A DNA stretch of 64,000 nt from Vicinamibacterales bacterium (GTDB lineage: Bacteria; Acidobacteriota; Vicinamibacteria; Vicinamibacterales; JAMQPK01). The stretch is from NCBI GenBank assembly GCA_963825295.1, contig CAWGSZ010000009.1, positions 1,718,329-1,782,328 of the forward strand. Direction: 5' to 3'. A program made the translations under genes and the position numbers. The notes beneath the pieces were generated by a model. That model saw only the letters and a program-made list of their open reading frames with translations. It was not told where the DNA came from and ran no database searches. This document shows positions 53,695-62,639 of the stretch, piece by piece (position 1 is the stretch's first letter; the number at the start of each line of letters is the position of its first letter).

Positions 53695-54792
53695 TCACCG
53701 GGATGTTCTCAACGGCGAGGTCGGCGCGGCAACGGTAAGCATGCGAGTGGGATGCGATCCTTTCGGGAACTGAATGCGCCCCTTCTCTTTCTTCGCATCC
53801 ACGTCGAACGCGATGAGCTCGTCGCTGCTGGGACAGTTGACGTACACCGTTTTCGTGTCCTTCGACGTCATGATCCAGTACGGCTGGCGACCCACCGCAA
53901 AGCGCGCGATCTGCTTCGGTGTGTCGCCGGTCACATCGAATACGAACGTCAGGTTGTGGACCACGTCGTTGCTCCACACTTCCCGGCCGTTGTTCGCCAC
54001 AGCGATGCCGTGCGATCGGCTCCTCACCGCCTGCTCGTCGGCCGTCAGCGTATAGGTCGCCTTCGAGATGACCTTGCGCGCCGCCGTATCGATGACCAGG
54101 AAGCCCATGAGATCGTCGACGTTCATGTAGAGCCGCCGGCCATCGGCGCTGATCGTGCCCGGCCGCGGTCCCGATCCGACGGGAATCGTACCAACCGCCT
54201 TGTGCGTGCGCGCGTCGACGACCGTCACCTCTTTGGGCTGGGTTCTGGGCAGGCCGAGCGACTCGCGCGCGAAATGTCCAGGACCGCCGGCAATCGGCAG
54301 GAGATACACGAACCGCCCGTCGGGCGCCATCACCGTGTTGTGCCCGATGCCGAGCGTGTGGATGTATTCGATGATGGCTTCCTTCTGCGTGTCGAACACC
54401 TGCCAGTAGCCGGCATAGGAAGGCTGATACAGGAACCGTCCGTCGGGTGTGACCGCGCCGTTCTGCGGCTCGACGCCGAAGCCGACGTCGAAGGTCTTGA
54501 CCACCTCGTCACGAACCGTGTCGATCAGCGTGACGGTGCCTCCGATCTCGGCGGCGACATACAGCTTGTCCTGCGAGGCAGGCGAGGCCTGGCCGTGCGG
54601 ATGGTTGCCGACCTTGAGCGTCTTGATGTGCTTGAACGTCTTCAAGTCGACGACGGCCACGGTATCGGTGGTTTCAAGCGAGATGTACAGCTTCTCTTGT
54701 GTCGCGCCGGACGGCGGCGAGGGCGTCTGGGCTGTCGAAGAAAACGTGGCCAACCAGATAAGGCCGAGGGCGAGCGGGACATGTCGTCGCAT
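53695..54792 (-). CDS. Exported YncE/YVTN beta-propeller protein
   Basis: Signal peptide; repeats VG..P.G, TPDGRFLY. Confidence 0.85.
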   Translation of the reverse strand: MRRHVPLALGLIWLATFSSTAQTPSPPSGATQEKLYISLETTDTVAVVDLKTFKHIKTLKVGNHPHGQASPASQDKLYVAAEIGGTVTLIDTVRDEVVKTFDVGFGVEPQNGAVTPDGRFLYQPSYAGYWQVFDTQKEAIIEYIHTLGIGHNTVMAPDGRFVYLLPIAGGPGHFARESLGLPRTQPKEVTVVDARTHKAVGTIPVGSGPRPGTISADGRRLYMNVDDLMGFLVIDTAARKVISKATYTLTADEQAVRSRSHGIAVANNGREVWSNDVVHNLTFVFDVTGDTPKQIARFAVGRQPYWIMTSKDTKTVYVNCPSSDELIAFDVDAKKEKGRIQFPKGSHPTRMLTVAAPTSPLRTSR

Positions 54793-54914
54793 GCGTCCTC
54801 CTTCTTGAAGAATCGAGCTTAAAGAATCGAGCCGGGCTTGGGCGCCATAACAATGACATGTGAGACCTGGTTTTGCCAGTTAAGACTGCGCCTTCCGGCC
54901 TATAATCCGCTGTC

Positions 54915-56255
54915 ATGACGCACGACGAAATCGGCGAACGCACCCGCCGGCGAATCATCCGGCGGCTCATGCCGTTCCTGTTCGTCCTGTACGTGTTCAA
55001 CTACATGAACCGGGTCAACGTCGGGTATGCCGCGCTGCAGATGACCGGCGACCTCGGGTTCTCGAACACGGTCTTCGGATTCGGCGCGGGCATCTTCTTC
55101 ATCGGCTATTTCCTTCTGCAGATTCCCTCGACGCTGCTGACAGAGCTCTGGAGCGCCCGCGCCTTCATCACGCTCAGCCTGGTCGTGTGGGGCGCGCTCG
55201 CGGCGCTGTGCGGATTGATCGACACCGCATCCGAGTTCTACTGGGTCCGCTTCTTTCTGGGCATCGCACAGGCCGGGTTCTTTCCGGGTGTCCTCGTCTA
55301 CCTGACGCACTGGTTCCGCTATGAAGATCGCGCCAAGGCGGTGGCGATGTTCATGACGGCCATCCCGGCGTCGAACATGGTGGGCGCCGCGATTGCCGCG
55401 CCGCTGATGCGACTCGACTGGCTTGGCTGGAACGGCTGGCGATGGCTTCTCATTCTCGAAGGACTGCCGACGGTCGCCTTTGGCGCGATCGCGTACTTCT
55501 ATCTGACCGACCGGCCCGCCGACGCGCGCTGGCTCGCAGCCGACGAGCGGGAGTGGATCGACGGCGAGCTCAGGCGCGAACAGGAGCGGAAAGCCAGGGC
55601 GAAGAAGCTGAGCACGCTCGAAGCGCTCCGGCATCCTCAGGTGATCATCCTGGCCCTCTGCTGTTTCTGCTACATCACCAACAGCGTGGGGCTCAGCTCG
55701 TGGCTGCCCAAAATCGTGCAGCGGATTTCCGGTCTCAGCACCACGCAGGTCATTCTGATTTCCGGCATTCCGTGGATGGCGGCCATCCCGATGATGCTCG
55801 TCACAGCGTGGCATTCCGACAAGACCCGCGAGCGGCGCTGGCACGCGGCCATTCCCCTCTTCCTCGTCGGGCTGGCTCTCTCGCTCAGCATCGCCGCCGG
55901 CAATCATCTCGTGTTGGCCATCGCCGCGTTCTCGTTGGCCACGATGGCGCTCTATTCGTTCCCCTCTCCGTTCTGGGCGCTGCCGACCATCTTTCTGAGC
56001 GGCCCCGCCGCGGCCGCCAGCATCGCGCTGATCAATGCGACCGGCAATCTCGGGGGATTCGCCGGACCGTACCTGATCGGGTATCTCGCCGATCGCACGG
56101 GTGGCTATACCGCCGGCCTTCTGTATCTGGTGTTCTGTGGTCTCACCGGGAGCGCCCTGATCCTGTCGCTGAGGGTCGCACGACGCGATGCGGACTGGAC
56201 GAGGAAAGCTGAGGACGCGCACGGGATCGCCGTCGCGCCGAGCGCTGGACGCTGA
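54915..56255 (+). CDS. MFS transporter (ACS/tartrate-phthalate type)
   Basis: RRLMPFL..NRVNVG, GAGIFFIGY, GFFPG..YLTHWF, GWRWL..EGLP. Confidence 0.92.
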   Translation: MTHDEIGERTRRRIIRRLMPFLFVLYVFNYMNRVNVGYAALQMTGDLGFSNTVFGFGAGIFFIGYFLLQIPSTLLTELWSARAFITLSLVVWGALAALCGLIDTASEFYWVRFFLGIAQAGFFPGVLVYLTHWFRYEDRAKAVAMFMTAIPASNMVGAAIAAPLMRLDWLGWNGWRWLLILEGLPTVAFGAIAYFYLTDRPADARWLAADEREWIDGELRREQERKARAKKLSTLEALRHPQVIILALCCFCYITNSVGLSSWLPKIVQRISGLSTTQVILISGIPWMAAIPMMLVTAWHSDKTRERRWHAAIPLFLVGLALSLSIAAGNHLVLAIAAFSLATMALYSFPSPFWALPTIFLSGPAAAASIALINATGNLGGFAGPYLIGYLADRTGGYTAGLLYLVFCGLTGSALILSLRVARRDADWTRKAEDAHGIAVAPSAGR

Positions 56256-56256
56256 T

Positions 56257-56289
56257 TCGTCCATCGTCGATCGTCCATCGTCGATCGTC
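56257..56289 (+). repeat. TCGTC(C/G)A array, about 5 units (downstream arm of cassette 2)
   Basis: tcgtccatcgtcgatcgtccatcgtcgatcgtc. Confidence 0.92.
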
Positions 56290-56302
56290 TGGCGGCATTG
56301 TT

Positions 56303-56683
56303 TTAGTGACGATCTTTCCAGTCGGTGCGCTGTAGATAGTTGATCCAGTTCGTTAACATTCGCCCGATGTGATCGTAGCTGTCGACGTAGCGCGAGTATT
56401 CCGTCCTGGAGATGAGTGATTTCTGGTAGGCGTCTTCGAGATGCCCGATCGTTTCTTGCACAGAGCCTCTGGCTCGACCGAGGTAGACGGCCAGATGTCT
56501 ATCGGTCAGTTGTCCGTAACCTTCGGCCACAAGCGGCGCAACGCGGCTTGTTGAGCGGGACAACTGATCTTTCAGAGTGAAATTTCTGCCAAACACAGGG
56601 CGCTCCAACAGCTCGGAAACTTCACCAGCCATCTTCAGCGCCTTCTTGTAGACCTTGATTTCAGAAAGGCTTCTCGCTCGCAT
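56303..56683 (-). CDS. Four-helix-bundle protein (23S rRNA IVP / Avd-like)
   Basis: LSEIKVYKKA, FTLKDQLSRS...VAEGYG, YLGRARGS.QE, ML..WINYL. Confidence 0.88.
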   Translation of the reverse strand: MRARSLSEIKVYKKALKMAGEVSELLERPVFGRNFTLKDQLSRSTSRVAPLVAEGYGQLTDRHLAVYLGRARGSVQETIGHLEDAYQKSLISRTEYSRYVDSYDHIGRMLTNWINYLQRTDWKDRH

Positions 56684-56696
56684 GCGAGACAGCAAG

Positions 56697-56711
56697 GCAC
56701 AATCCGCGCCA
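56697..56711 (-). promoter_or_regulatory. sigma54 -24/-12 motif
   Basis: Minus strand TGGCGCGGATTGTGC (GG-N10-GC), 13 nt before ATG 56683. Confidence 0.6.
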
Positions 56712-56724
56712 CCACCTCACACCC

Positions 56725-56768
56725 GGACGATGGACGATCGACGATCGACGATCGACGATCGACGATGG
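56725..56768 (+). repeat. T(G/C)GACGA x6 array (upstream arm of cassette 2)
   Basis: Units are exact reverse complements of those at 56257-56289. Confidence 0.92.
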
Positions 56769-57704
56769 TCACTTCATGGCGACGTACGGATTGCGCCCGA
56801 CGATCTGGAAGCGGCGCGTGGCGTCTTTGACGATGCCAATCGCCATCAGCTCGAGCGGCGCGGTGCCGGTCGCCTCGAACGATCTGGTCTGGTTGAAATT
56901 CAACGGCACGGCATCGTGCGCCTTGATCGGCGCACTTTCCGATCCGACCTTCACCGTGCCCTCCCCCGAGAGCACGTAATAGAAGCCGCCAATTTCGGCG
57001 TCGGTCGCCGGGCCAATCGACGCGCCGGGAGGGATCAGCAGGTGATCGACATATCCCCACGGCCCCTGGAACACCGGCACGTCGAGCGCACGGCGAGCCT
57101 GCACCGCCCCGTTGCCGCCGTGCAGGGCGTTGAACGGACGCAGCAGCGCGCGATCGAGCCGCAGGGTCATGAAATTCGTATTCGGTTCGACTGGCGCGCC
57201 CGCGCGCGAATCGCCGAGATCGAACGCGTCATACCAGCCCTTGATGCCCGCGACGTTGATGTTCATCCATTCAACGGTCTCGTTCGTGTGGTTGTAAATC
57301 GCGTGTGAGTGCCCCATCCGTACGGGCGCACCCGCGGGCCCCTTCAACACCGACGTGTGGCCGTCGATCGTGAACTGTGCCTCGCCGTTGAGGATGATGA
57401 ACATCTCCTCGCAGTTGTTGTGGAAATGCGCGCCAATGCCGGCCTTGGGCGGGATGTTGCCCCGGTGCAGAAACCACAGGTTGGTATCGGTGTGCTCGTT
57501 CTCGAACATCGACCCGATGAACATCGGGCCGGCTCCCGCGTGCACGGAAGGCGCCTTGCGGTTCTTCGCGGGATCGTAGTGCGAGATCCGCTGCGCGAGC
57601 GGTTGCGTGTGCGGCGGCGCGGCGGGAGGCGCGCCTCGTTGAGCGAGGGCGACACCACAAAAGAGAGAGAGGACAATCGCGCTTGCAACCGAGAGCGTCT
57701 TCAT
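56769..57704 (-). CDS. Exported bicupin protein
   Basis: Signal peptide; GAHFHNNCEEMFIILNG..HSHAIYN; second degenerate cupin domain. Confidence 0.85.
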   Translation of the reverse strand: MKTLSVASAIVLSLFCGVALAQRGAPPAAPPHTQPLAQRISHYDPAKNRKAPSVHAGAGPMFIGSMFENEHTDTNLWFLHRGNIPPKAGIGAHFHNNCEEMFIILNGEAQFTIDGHTSVLKGPAGAPVRMGHSHAIYNHTNETVEWMNINVAGIKGWYDAFDLGDSRAGAPVEPNTNFMTLRLDRALLRPFNALHGGNGAVQARRALDVPVFQGPWGYVDHLLIPPGASIGPATDAEIGGFYYVLSGEGTVKVGSESAPIKAHDAVPLNFNQTRSFEATGTAPLELMAIGIVKDATRRFQIVGRNPYVAMK

Positions 57705-57721
57705 CGCGAGCTCCTTCGACG

Positions 57722-57907
57722 GCAGGGCTGAAGCCCTGCGCTACCGCTATGACTATCCGACACGGACAGGGCTAAAGCCCTGTGCCACCGAGGTAACAGT
57801 GCCGAAGCCCTGTGCCACCGACAAACAGGGCTAAAGCCTGTACCACAGGGGCCGCATGCGACCGATGCCGCACTTGTAGTTGCGGTGGCACAGGCCTTCA
57901 GGCCTGT
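57722..57907. repeat. Cluster of five REP-like palindromes (BIME-like)
   Basis: Four copies of (G/A)CAGGGCT(G/A)AAGCCCTG(C/T)GC(T/C)AC, some degenerate, and one inverted GTGGCACAGGCCTTCAGGCCTGT. Confidence 0.88.
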
Positions 57908-57911
57908 CCGA

Positions 57912-59679
57912 CTACTTCACCAACCCGAAGGCAATGATGTTCGACCCCGACGAAATCGCCACGTGCTGCTGCCCGTCGAACTCGTAGGTCATCGGCGACG
58001 CGCGCCAGACGCTGTTCGTGCCGAAGTGCCACAATGGCTTTCCCGACGCCGCATCAGCGGCCACGAATCGATCCTGATCGTCGCAGAAGAACAAGAGGCC
58101 GCTCGCCGTCACGAGCGTCCCGCCACGCGCCGCGCCCGGACCCGGTTGCGGCAGCTCCCACGCGACCTTCCCGGTCTTGACGTCGATGGCGCGAAGAATC
58201 TTCTGGTTCGGCGCATCCTGCACTGGACGCGTTGAACCACCCCAGTAGGACTTCCCCGCCACCCATTCGCTGACGGCCTTGACGAAGACGTTGCAGTTCT
58301 CGAGCGTCTGAACGTAATAGAGCCCGGTCTGCGGGCTGTACGACGTCGAGTACCAATTCGCGGCGCCATGAGCCGATGGACAGATGCGCGTGCCTTCGGG
58401 TGTCGGCACCTGGCCAGGCACGAGGACCGGACGTCCTTCGGCATTGATCTCGCTCGCCCACGTCAGGTTTTTCACAAATGGCTTTGCCAGCAGGAATTTT
58501 CCATCCACCCGATCGAGGACATAGAAGAAACCATTCCGGCTCGCCTGCACCATGAGCTTGCGCGGCCGCCCCTCCCACGTCGTATCGACGAGCACTGTGG
58601 GCTGCTGCGCATCCCAGTCCCAGACGTTGTGTGGAGTGAACTGGAAGTGCCATTTCAGCCGGCCCGTGGCGGCTTCCAGCGCAACGACAGAGCTCGCGTA
58701 GAGATTGTCGCCTAGCCGATCGTCGCCGTTGTAGTCGGGACTCGGATTGCCAGTCGTCCAGTACACGAGCTGAAGTTCAGGGTCGTAGACGCCGGTCATC
58801 CAGGTGACCCCACCGGGATGCTCGATGCCACTGCCCTGCCATGTCTCCGATCCCGGCTCGCCCGGCTTCGGCACCGTCCAGAACCGCCACGCCTCGCTGC
58901 CCGTCGCCTGACTGTAGGCGGCAAGAAATCCACGCACGCCCTGCTCTCCCCCTGCCGTACCGGCAATCACCAGGTCACCGACAATCAGCGGGGCCGCAGT
59001 CGCGTTGTAGTTCAGCCGCCAGTCGGCCATCTCGGTATCCCAGAGGAGATCGCCGCAGAATCGATCGAGCGCGATCAGGTGTGCGTGGTCGGTCACCATG
59101 AACAGGCGATCGCCGGCCACGGCCACTCCGCGGTTGATGCCGCCGGCGGCGTTCCCGACCAGCCCTTTGGTGCGGGGACGTTGAAATCGCCAGATCTCGC
59201 GGCCGTTGCCCGCATCGAGCGCATAACATTCGTTCGCGCTCGTCACATACATGATGCCGCCCACGACCACCGGCGTGGTTTGCAGCCGGACGCGACGTCG
59301 GAATCGTGTAGATCCACTTCGGCGCCAGGCTGGTGATGTTCGACGTGTTCAGCTGGGTCAGCGAGGTGTACCGATTCCCGCTCGGGCTGCCGTCGTAGCT
59401 GGGCCACTCGACGGTGGACGTCACGACTCGATATCGCGCGCCAGATTTTCTCAGCAGCAGCACTTTGCCTTCTGCGGTGCGCAACTGGACGTCATCCGCG
59501 GCATCGTGGTTCAGCGCCGTACCGGTCATCGTCCGGCCGTCGGTCAGCTCGTAGGTGGCCAGCCGCCCGCGTGGAGCGGGCGCCGGCCCCTGCTGTCCCA
59601 GGACGAGCGAACCCTGAACCAGGAACCAGAACCCCAGAACCACAGAACCCGGAACCTTGAACCGCTTCATCCCGACCAC
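57912..59679 (-). CDS. PQQ-dependent dehydrogenase; frameshift near 59290
   Basis: WPSYDG..GNRY, GTAGGEQGVRGFL, FQFTPHNVWDWD, SRNGFFYVLDR. Confidence 0.88.
59609..59663 (+). repeat. GAACC-core 7/8-mer array in frame, forming the signal peptide
   Basis: Encodes RFKVPGSVVLGFWFLVQGS. Confidence 0.82.
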
Positions 59680-60129
59680 CTACTGCGCCAGCCGCGTGGC
59701 GTGCCACGACACCATCTGCCACGACCCGTTTCGCCGCACCTGCGTCGTGGAGTACACGATTCTGATCTTCGCCGGGGCGCCCTTGTTGACCACGCTCATG
59801 CCGGCCGTGCCGTTCACGATCGCCGCGTCGCCGAACACGCGCACCGTCGGCTCAACCGCATCGATGGTCACGTACTTGAAGTCGCCCGTCTTGAGATCGG
59901 CGATGAACGCCGCCTTGTCGACGACGCGGCCGTCGCCGTGCGTGTAGATCAGTTCAGGAGCGAGGAGCCTGTCGAGCGCGGCCGTGTCGCCCTTCAGCAT
60001 CGCCGCAAAGCGATCGCGCTCGGCCTTGCGCACATCCTGTTCTGCGCTTTGCGCGAGGGCCGGCGTCCAGACACCCGCGACCACCGACGACAGCAGCACG
60101 ATACCAGCAAGAAACCTGCGGCGATTCAT
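59680..60129 (-). CDS. NTF2-like (DUF4440) exported protein
   Basis: NRRRF signal; GD.AALDRLLA...YTH.DG, WQMVSWH. Confidence 0.85.
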   Translation of the reverse strand: MNRRRFLAGIVLLSSVVAGVWTPALAQSAEQDVRKAERDRFAAMLKGDTAALDRLLAPELIYTHGDGRVVDKAAFIADLKTGDFKYVTIDAVEPTVRVFGDAAIVNGTAGMSVVNKGAPAKIRIVYSTTQVRRNGSWQMVSWHATRLAQ

Positions 60130-60156
60130 GACGCACCTGCAATGGATGAAATGTGC

Positions 60157-60198
60157 AAAAAAAAGGCGCTCGCAGGCCCTCTTCAGCCCGCGAGCGCC
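60157..60198 (-). terminator. Rho-independent terminator
   Basis: Minus strand ggcgctcgcgggc..gcctgcgagcgcc followed by a T-tract. Confidence 0.8.
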
Positions 60199-60219
60199 AT
60201 GGGTAAACCCGCGACCTCG

Positions 60220-61597
60220 CTATTCGGCGACCTGCACCACGGCCTGACGGCGGCCGGCAGCGAACGGTACGAGCCGGGTTTGTTTTCGCGTCGATCACGA
60301 CGCCGACAAACGTCACGTGCATCTCGTCCCAGCTCTGGGCGCCGTACTTGACGTCCACCTTCGGATCCGGGTTGAACTTGTTCGCGGCCGAATTGTCGTA
60401 GTGCGCGACGGTCTTGAACTTCGTGCCCTTCGGCAGCTCCAGCGGCTCGGCCAGCTCGTAGCCGATCTGCCAGTCGAACCGGTAGTTCGGCACGCGAAGG
60501 ACGGTCTTCTCTTCGCCCGACGGATACACGACCGTCAGCACGTAGTCCTTCGCCCGATAGTGCATGTGCGGCTGAATCCAGACCAGTTTCGCGGCCTCGT
60601 TGACGACCGTTTCGCCACGCACTTCAACGTTCGCTGCGCCCGCCGGTATCACGAAGTCGCGCTCGCTGATCGCCGTGGTCGTGAGGTGGCGCTGCGACGG
60701 CGGACGGTCCGCCAGGACGATGCCGACCGACGACCGATCGGTTTCCGGCTTGCCGTTCGCGGTGTAGTGCACTTCGAACACGATGTCCGACCCGGCCGCG
60801 ATGAACTTGGCCGCGTTGCCGGTCGTGAACTCCTGTCCCGCGACACCAGGGTTGTACTTCGCGAGAATGTCCTGCACGGGCCTGTAGCCGGTCGCCGAAA
60901 GCGGCGGTGCCTGCGGGGCCACGCCGTCAAACCCTCCTGCTCCGCGCGGCGGGCTGTACAGCACGCCCTCGGGCGCGTCCTTCATCCACGGCGAGTTCGG
61001 CGGCCGGATCCACGCCTTCATGTGATGAACCACGCTCGGGTTTCCCGGGAGCACTTCGGCGGATTTGACCCACATATCCTTCTCGAAGTGCGCGTAGACC
61101 AGCACGTTGGATTGATCGAGGATGCCGGTCGCCGGAATCTCGATGTCCTTGGGCATCGACACGATGATGTCCGGTTTGCCGATCGTCCATCCGTCGTTGA
61201 AGACGACGGGCGCCGGGCGATCTTTGGCATCACCTTCGAGCGAGCCCTTCTCGGCCCACTCGGTGAACGCGGTGATATCCGCCGCGTTGAGGAACCTCGC
61301 GTTCTCGAAGTGTCCCACCGTCGGGTCCGCGAACCATGGCGGCATCGTCCGGTTGGCGACGGCCTTGGCAATCGCTCTCGCGTACGGACGTGTCTCCGTG
61401 AAGCTCATGAACGACATCGGCGCGATGGCGCCGGGCCGGTGACACTCCTGACAATTCCTCTGGAGAATCGGAAGGATGTCCTTGTTGAATGTCGGGACAG
61501 CGGCCGGCGCCGCCGAGACCGACGTCGTCGTCGGTGGCACGGTCGCTGCCAGCGCCATCAGGAGCACGAACAGGGCCGGGATGATCAATCGCCGCAT
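60220..61597 (-). CDS. Cytochrome c fused to a copper type II (PHM-like) monooxygenase domain; frameshift near 60270
   Basis: CQECH..MPPW; VVHH; PHMHYR; Y.FDWQ; DEM. Confidence 0.75.
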
Positions 61598-61686
61598 AGG
61601 AGCTCCTCGTGAAAAGGTTTACAGGTCCCTCGATTATAGACCGGCGGTTTCATCACGCGAAATGAATACCACATTGTGAAATCGCG

Positions 61687-62559
61687 TTACGATCGCCGTC
61701 CTTTTAGCCGTCCGGACGCCGGCCGCGCCACCGGTTCCCGCTTGGCATCGGTCGAATTCTGGTAGCCCAGGTCTTCCGACAGGCCGCGCGCTGCCGCCAT
61801 GACCAGCCGTGCCACCTCCGGCACCCGGTTTTTCTTCAGCCTGAACACCGGGGCGGCCGTGCTGATGGATGCCACGACGTGACCGCGATGGTCGAACACC
61901 GGGGCGCCGACGCATCGCAGCCCCTCCTCGAACTCTTCGTCGTCCACCGCGTAGCCCGCTTCGCGCACGCGCATCAGCTCCATCCTGAACGCCGACGGTT
62001 TCACGAGCGTGCGGCTCGTGTGGCGCACGAACGGCAGCCTGGCAATCAGCTCGTTGCACGCGTCCTCGGAGAGAAACGCGACCACGGCTTTGCCCGCCGC
62101 CGTGCAGTGAATCTTCGTCCGCTGGCCGGACCGCGTCAGCGACTGCAGGCTCCAGCGCCCCTCGACGTGCGCGATCGACAGCATTTCAGTGCCGCTCAAA
62201 ATCGTCACGTGCGCCCCTTCGCCGGTCTGGTTGGCGAGCTCGCGCAGGAAGGCCTGCGCGTGATCGCTGAGCCGCAGCCTGGCGATGGCCGACTCGCCGA
62301 GCTCGATCAGGCGCGTGCCGAGCCGGTATGTGCCGTCAGGGCCCCGCTTGATCAGGCGATAGTGCTCGAGCACGACGAGCAGACGATGGACCGTGCTTTT
62401 GTGCAGCCTGAGATGTCGCGCGATTTCCGCCGCCGCGAGGTCGGTCTCGGAATCGGCCACCGTCTGGAGCACCGCAATCGTGCGGTCCAGCACCTGTACA
62501 CGGTAGCGGGAGATCGGAACGTCAGTCCGTACGGAGCGGTGTGTCGCGGCTTGTTTCAC
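61687..62559 (-). CDS. IclR family transcriptional regulator
   Basis: LHKSTVHRLL, HCTAAGKA, GYAVDDEE..GLRCVGAPV. Confidence 0.93.
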   Translation of the reverse strand: MKQAATHRSVRTDVPISRYRVQVLDRTIAVLQTVADSETDLAAAEIARHLRLHKSTVHRLLVVLEHYRLIKRGPDGTYRLGTRLIELGESAIARLRLSDHAQAFLRELANQTGEGAHVTILSGTEMLSIAHVEGRWSLQSLTRSGQRTKIHCTAAGKAVVAFLSEDACNELIARLPFVRHTSRTLVKPSAFRMELMRVREAGYAVDDEEFEEGLRCVGAPVFDHRGHVVASISTAAPVFRLKKNRVPEVARLVMAAARGLSEDLGYQNSTDAKREPVARPASGRLKGRRS

Positions 62560-62577
62560 GTGTAGATGATATCAAGA

Positions 62578-62631
62578 AGGGGTCGGGAGGGGGTTTTCGC
62601 TCGATTCGAGCGAAAACCCCTCCCGACCCCT
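62578..62631. repeat. Long palindrome, same family as 11210-11266
   Basis: aggggtcgggagggggttttcgctcga-t-tcgagcgaaaacccctcccgacccct. Confidence 0.9.
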
Positions 62632-62639
62632 GGTAGCTG

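Noticed and set aside
54808-54832. Direct repeat aagaatcgagc x2 upstream of the beta-propeller gene
   Set aside because: Only two copies; an operator cannot be distinguished from a chance duplication.
57722-57907. CRISPR array
   Set aside because: Spacers are mostly very short and irregular, one unit is inverted, units end in CTAC/CCAC like REPs, and there are no cas genes.
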